From an uncultured delta proteobacterium (GTDB lineage: Bacteria; Desulfobacterota; Binatia; HRBIN30; BPIQ01): a DNA stretch of 64,000 nucleotides. Position 1 is the stretch's first letter. Each line of letters begins with the position of its first letter. The position numbers and the translations under genes are program-made. This document shows positions 59,848-64,000 of the stretch, one piece after another. Below the pieces are notes generated by a model. It had not been told where the DNA came from. It was given only the letters and a program-made list of their open reading frames with translations, and did not search any database. The stretch spans positions 224,001-288,000 of the forward strand of contig CAVXGR010000021.1 of NCBI GenBank assembly GCA_963761335.1, in the 5' to 3' direction.

Positions 59848-61869
59848 ATGAGCCAGTTCACGTACACTTTGAAGAACGAAATCGCCTGGGTGACCTTCGA
59901 CTCGGGCGCCATGAACACCCTGTCCTCGGTGGCGATCAGCGACCTGAACACCCTCATCGCCGAGCTGCGCAAGGCGCACGCCTCGACGCCGCTCAAAGGT
60001 GTGATCCTGAAGGGCAACCGCTTCGGCCTCGGCGCCGGCGCCAACATCGGCGAGCTGATGAACGCCGACCGCGCCGCGCTCGGCGGCTTCATCGACAAGG
60101 GCCACGAGACCCTCTACGCCATCGAGGAAGGTCCGTTTCCCTGGCTGGCGGTGGTCGACGGCTTCGCCCTCGGCGGCATCTACGAGCTGGCTCTCGCCTG
60201 CCGCGGCATCGTCGCCACGGAGCGCTCGACGATGGGATTTCCCGAGATCCGCCTCAACATCTTCCCGGGCCTCGGCGGCACGCAGCGCATGCCGCGGCGC
60301 AGCGGTCTGGTGAACAGCGACGATCCGATCAGCGGCGACGCCGGCTTCACCGCCATCCTCCAGGCAAAGAACTTCAAGGCGGCGCAGGCGGCGAAGATCC
60401 ACATGATCGACGCAGTCATTCCGGAGGGACAGGACGTCGACGCGTTTGCCGAGCGCTTTCTCACCCAGGAGCTGCCCAAGATCGAGCGTCCGACGCCGCC
60501 CGACCTCGCCAACGCCGAGTCGTTGAAGCCGATGGTGCTGCCGATGATCCAGAAGGCCACCATGGGCCGCCCGAATCCGCGCGCTCCGTACGTCGCCCTC
60601 GAGGTCATGATCAAGGGCGCCTCTCTGCCGCTGCGCGAGGCCAACAAGCTCGAGCGCGACGCCTTCCTCGAGGTGGTCACCTCCTCAGAGGGAAAGGCCG
60701 GCATGCGCTTCTTTTTCACCCAGCAGGCGGTGCAGAAGCTCCCCAAGAGCTTTCCCGGCAAGCCGAAGAAGCTGCAGAAGATCGGCGTCGACGGCGCCGA
60801 CGGCTACATGGGCAACGCCATCGCCTGGCTGGCGCTCGAGGCCGGCTATCAGGTGGTCGGGCACGCGCCGCTCGAGCAGTTCGCCGCCTCCGTCCCCGAG
60901 AAGCTGCGCGCCAAGTACGGCCGCGCCCTGAAGAAGGGCAGCATGTCGGAGGCGGACGTCGCCAAGAAGGTCGGCAGCGTCAAGGTCAGCAGCGCCATCG
61001 AGGATCTCTTCGACTGCGACCTGGTCGTCGAGGCGCGCATGGAGAACCGCGAGATCAAGGCGGAGTTCTATCGAAAGCTCGGCGCCGGCATCAAGAAGGA
61101 CGCGCTGGTGGCGTCGAACTCGAGCTCGATGGGACCCGGGCTGCTCGGCGGCTTCTTCTCCGAGGGCGGCGGCGACCGCCGCAACTTTCTCAATCTCCAC
61201 TTCTTCAGCCCCGCCGAGCACCCGATGATGCAGCTGGTGGAGATCATCGCCGGCAAAGAGACCAGCGCCGACAACGTCGCCACCGGACACGCCTTCACGC
61301 GCAGCATCAACAAGACCCCGGTGATTCTCCAGGATGGCTCCCCGGGATTTCTGGTGAACGCCGGGCTCGCCGTCTACTTCGAGGCCGCCGAGCAGATCTA
61401 TCGCGAGGGGACGCCCATCGAGGTGATCGATACAGCCATCCGCAAGCACGTCCTGCCCATGGGTCCCTTCGAGCTCGGCGATCAGGCCGGCCTCGACATT
61501 GCCGCCGGCATGTTCGACACCATGGCGGCGGCGAAGCCGCCGGAACGCGAGCCGCTGGTGTGGAAGATGCGCGAGATCAAGCGCTTCGGCATCAAGACCG
61601 GTGCCGGCTACTACGACTACGAGAAGGGGGCCAAGAAGGGCGAGTGGCCGGGCCTCGCCGCCCTGGTTGCGGAGCGCGGCAGTCGCGTCGCCGGCGAGGA
61701 GGAGATCGTCGAGCGCTGCATGCGGGCGCTCTACGACAAGGTGCGGGAGCTCGTCGATCGCCACATCGTCGCCTCCGAGGAGGAGGCCGACCTGGCCTTC
61801 GTCTTCGGTATCGGCTTCGCCATGTATCTCGGCGGGCCGATCTTCTACGGCAAGATGCGCGGCTGGTGA
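59848..61869 (+). CDS. Multifunctional enoyl-CoA hydratase/3-hydroxyacyl-CoA dehydrogenase (FadB/FadJ-like)
   Basis: GG.YELAL, FPE...PGLGGTQR, HFFSP...LVEII and MGPFELGD motifs. Confidence 0.9.
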   Translation: MSQFTYTLKNEIAWVTFDSGAMNTLSSVAISDLNTLIAELRKAHASTPLKGVILKGNRFGLGAGANIGELMNADRAALGGFIDKGHETLYAIEEGPFPWLAVVDGFALGGIYELALACRGIVATERSTMGFPEIRLNIFPGLGGTQRMPRRSGLVNSDDPISGDAGFTAILQAKNFKAAQAAKIHMIDAVIPEGQDVDAFAERFLTQELPKIERPTPPDLANAESLKPMVLPMIQKATMGRPNPRAPYVALEVMIKGASLPLREANKLERDAFLEVVTSSEGKAGMRFFFTQQAVQKLPKSFPGKPKKLQKIGVDGADGYMGNAIAWLALEAGYQVVGHAPLEQFAASVPEKLRAKYGRALKKGSMSEADVAKKVGSVKVSSAIEDLFDCDLVVEARMENREIKAEFYRKLGAGIKKDALVASNSSSMGPGLLGGFFSEGGGDRRNFLNLHFFSPAEHPMMQLVEIIAGKETSADNVATGHAFTRSINKTPVILQDGSPGFLVNAGLAVYFEAAEQIYREGTPIEVIDTAIRKHVLPMGPFELGDQAGLDIAAGMFDTMAAAKPPEREPLVWKMREIKRFGIKTGAGYYDYEKGAKKGEWPGLAALVAERGSRVAGEEEIVERCMRALYDKVRELVDRHIVASEEEADLAFVFGIGFAMYLGGPIFYGKMRGW

Positions 61870-61888
61870 GGCCGCTGCCCGGCCGCCT

Positions 61889-63061
61889 TCACGAGGCTTC
61901 GATGCGCCGCCCCAGCGGGAAGCGGGCGGTGCGCGGGTGCGCACGCGCCGGGCTGCGCAGAGCCCGCTCGTAGCTGTCGAGCAGCGTCGCCGTCGCCGCT
62001 TCCCAGCTGCGCAGCGAGCGGCTGCGCATTGCCTCCGCGCCCAGCCGGGCGCGCATCCCGGCGTCGCGCAGCAGCCGCTCGAGCTGCCGCGCCAGATCGA
62101 TTGCCGAGCCGGGGCGGGCCAGCAGCCCATTGCGCTCCGGGATGATGAGATCGGCCAGCGCCCCGCTGCGCACCCCGACGGCGGGGATGCCCGAGGCAAA
62201 GGCCTCGCGCACGGCGCTGCCACAGGCCTCCACGGTGGAGGCGGTGGCGAAGACGTCCGCGGAGGCGTACCACCTTGCCAGCGCCTCGCCCGACTGCTCG
62301 CCGGGCAGATGCGCGCCGGGAAGGCGGCGTGCGACCTCCTCGCGCAGCGGGCCGTCGCCGACGATCACCAGCTTGAAGGAGTTGCCCCAGCAGCTGAGCA
62401 GGTGCGCGGCGCGCACCAGGGTCCGCACCCCCTTCTCCGCCGCCAGTCGGCCGACGTAGAGGACCACCGGGCGGGTGCGCGCCGAGATCGCCTCGCGCAG
62501 CGCGGGATCTCGGCGCGTCGGTGAGAAATGGGGCACGTCGACGCCGCGCTCCCATAGCTCGAGGCGCTCGAAGCCGCGCCCGCGAAGCTCCTCGGCGGCG
62601 CTCGGTGAGGGAACGTAGGTGCTGAGACAGCGGCTGTGAAACCAGCGCAGATAGTGCCAGCCGGCGCGCTCCAGACGCTGATGACCGCGCTGGCGCAGGT
62701 GCAGCGGCCAGTGCGCGTGATAGCTCGATACCACCGGCAGGGCGCGCGCCCAGGCATAGCGCAGACCCGCCAGGCCGAGAGGGCCGTCGCTGGCGAGGTG
62801 CACGAGGGTCGGCCGAAACGGGTCGAGCGCCGCGGCCACTTCGCCGGGCAGCGGAAATCCGTTCCCCTGTCCCTCGCCGCCGCGCCAGCGGCGCACCTGG
62901 TGCACCTTGTCTCGCCAATCCCGGGTCTCGTCGGGCCGATCGGGGCAGAGAAAGCGGAAATCGATGACGCGGTCCCTGAGAGCGTCGGCGGTTCGCGCCA
63001 GCGCGACGCTCACAGGGCCGCGGGCCGGGGGTAGCCAGTCCGTGAAATAGGCGATGCGCAT
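61889..63061 (-). CDS. Glycosyltransferase family 4
   Basis: MRIAYFTD, RGVD, YVGRLAAEKG and E-x7-E (EACGSAVRE) motifs. Confidence 0.9.
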   Translation of the reverse strand: MRIAYFTDWLPPARGPVSVALARTADALRDRVIDFRFLCPDRPDETRDWRDKVHQVRRWRGGEGQGNGFPLPGEVAAALDPFRPTLVHLASDGPLGLAGLRYAWARALPVVSSYHAHWPLHLRQRGHQRLERAGWHYLRWFHSRCLSTYVPSPSAAEELRGRGFERLELWERGVDVPHFSPTRRDPALREAISARTRPVVLYVGRLAAEKGVRTLVRAAHLLSCWGNSFKLVIVGDGPLREEVARRLPGAHLPGEQSGEALARWYASADVFATASTVEACGSAVREAFASGIPAVGVRSGALADLIIPERNGLLARPGSAIDLARQLERLLRDAGMRARLGAEAMRSRSLRSWEAATATLLDSYERALRSPARAHPRTARFPLGRRIEAS

Positions 63062-63207
63062 GCCGCGGTCATCGATCATACTTGCGGCCATTGTAGCCGC
63101 CGGCTGTTGCGCCGCGGTGACAGGCAGGTGAAGAAGCGGTTGCACCTCGGCCCCGGCCGTTGACCCCCGGCCGCCATGCCGTAAGCTGGAGGCGACGGAG
63201 GAGCGGC

Positions 63208-63789
63208 ATGGCAGAGACCCCCTCGACGATGGCACCGCTGGGTGTGACGGCCCCGGACTTTCGCTTGCCCGACACCAACGGCGAAGGCGCGCTCGTCAGC
63301 CGGGATGATTTCCGCGACGCGTCGGCACTGCTGGTCATGTTCATCTGCAACCACTGCCCGTTCGTGAAGCACATCCGCAGCGGTCTGGCGCAGCTCGGCC
63401 GCGACTACCAGGGACGCGGCCTGGCGATGGTGGCGGTGAACGCCAACGACGTCTCCAAGTACCCCGACGATCGCCCCGAGATGATGGCCGAGGAGGCCCG
63501 CTCGGTCGGTTACACCTTTCCGTATCTCTACGACGAGACTCAGGATGTGGCGCGCGCCTACCACGCCGCCTGCACGCCGGATTTCTTCCTCTTCGACGGC
63601 GATCGCCGCTTGGTCTACCGCGGCCAGTTCGACGACAGCCGCCCGGGCAATGACCGCCCGGTGACCGGCGCCGATCTGCGCGCCGCGATCGACGCCGTCC
63701 TCGCCGGACGGCGGATTCCCGCAGAGCAGAAGCCGAGCATCGGCTGCAGCATCAAGTGGAAGCCGGGAGTGGATCCGGGGTATTCCTGA
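63208..63789 (+). CDS. Thioredoxin-fold redoxin (AhpC/TSA-like)
   Basis: APDFRLPD, ICNHCPFV, ACTPDFF and SIGCSIKW motifs. Confidence 0.92.
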   Translation: MAETPSTMAPLGVTAPDFRLPDTNGEGALVSRDDFRDASALLVMFICNHCPFVKHIRSGLAQLGRDYQGRGLAMVAVNANDVSKYPDDRPEMMAEEARSVGYTFPYLYDETQDVARAYHAACTPDFFLFDGDRRLVYRGQFDDSRPGNDRPVTGADLRAAIDAVLAGRRIPAEQKPSIGCSIKWKPGVDPGYS

Positions 63790-63847
63790 AGGGATCGCGA
63801 TTGAGCCGGTCTCCGTCGAACCCGTGTCCACCGGCGAGCGGGTCAAA

Positions 63848-63898
63848 GTAGAAGCGGCGTCTCGCCGCTTCGGGAAAGCGCCGGGACGGCGCTTCTAC
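63848..63898. repeat. GTAG-family REP doublet, copy 9
   Basis: GTAGAAGCGGCG-tct-CGCCGCTT-cggga-AAGCGCCG-gga-CGGCGCTT-CTAC. Confidence 0.9.
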
Positions 63899-63970
63899 CT
63901 TTGCCATCGGGCCCTTTCCGCACGGGAGCTTTTGTGACATCAGAGCCGTGCTGGGCAAGGGAGGTTCGCG

Positions 63971-64000
63971 ATGGCGATCGAAGAAGGAAAGGCAGCACCG
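63971..64000 (+). CDS. 5' end of a truncated gene, possibly a Bcp-type peroxiredoxin
   Basis: GGAGG RBS then MAIEEGKAAP; only 10 codons visible. Confidence 0.4.
   Translation, partial: MAIEEGKAAP

Overview
High-GC bacterial chromosome segment with about 58 protein-coding genes. I saw no rRNA, tRNA, CRISPR array or transposase. The protein style (Pro/Thr linkers, Myxococcus-type Cys-rich repeat, many multiheme cytochromes) suggests a deltaproteobacterial-type lineage such as Ca. Binatia; this is inference only. Main content: (1) 2-6237, a porin-cytochrome operon with 30 CxxCH motifs that combines an OmcA/MtrC-like decaheme lipoprotein with a small beta-barrel and four small multiheme cytochromes; (2) 19146-22664, a divergent pair of inner-membrane cytochromes resembling Geobacter ImcH (7 hemes) and CbcL (11 hemes plus cytochrome b), which with (1) could form a full extracellular electron transfer chain; (3) a complete V/A-type ATPase operon, HypB, a CoA-transferase, PFOR, and USP/CBS proteins, several preceded by sigma54-like -24/-12 motifs, with a globin-coupled kinase, a FixL/FixJ-like module and an NtrC-type activator nearby (candidate low-oxygen regulon); (4) a Fur/PerR-family regulator divergent from a diheme peroxidase + Tat metallophosphoesterase + cytochrome c operon; (5) a deacetylase-GNAT-ACP-E1-E2 operon that may load an acyl or glycolyl group onto an ACP; (6) several families of intergenic repeats, including nine copies of a GTAG-type REP doublet. 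All product calls come from motif reading and family recognition, not from database searches.
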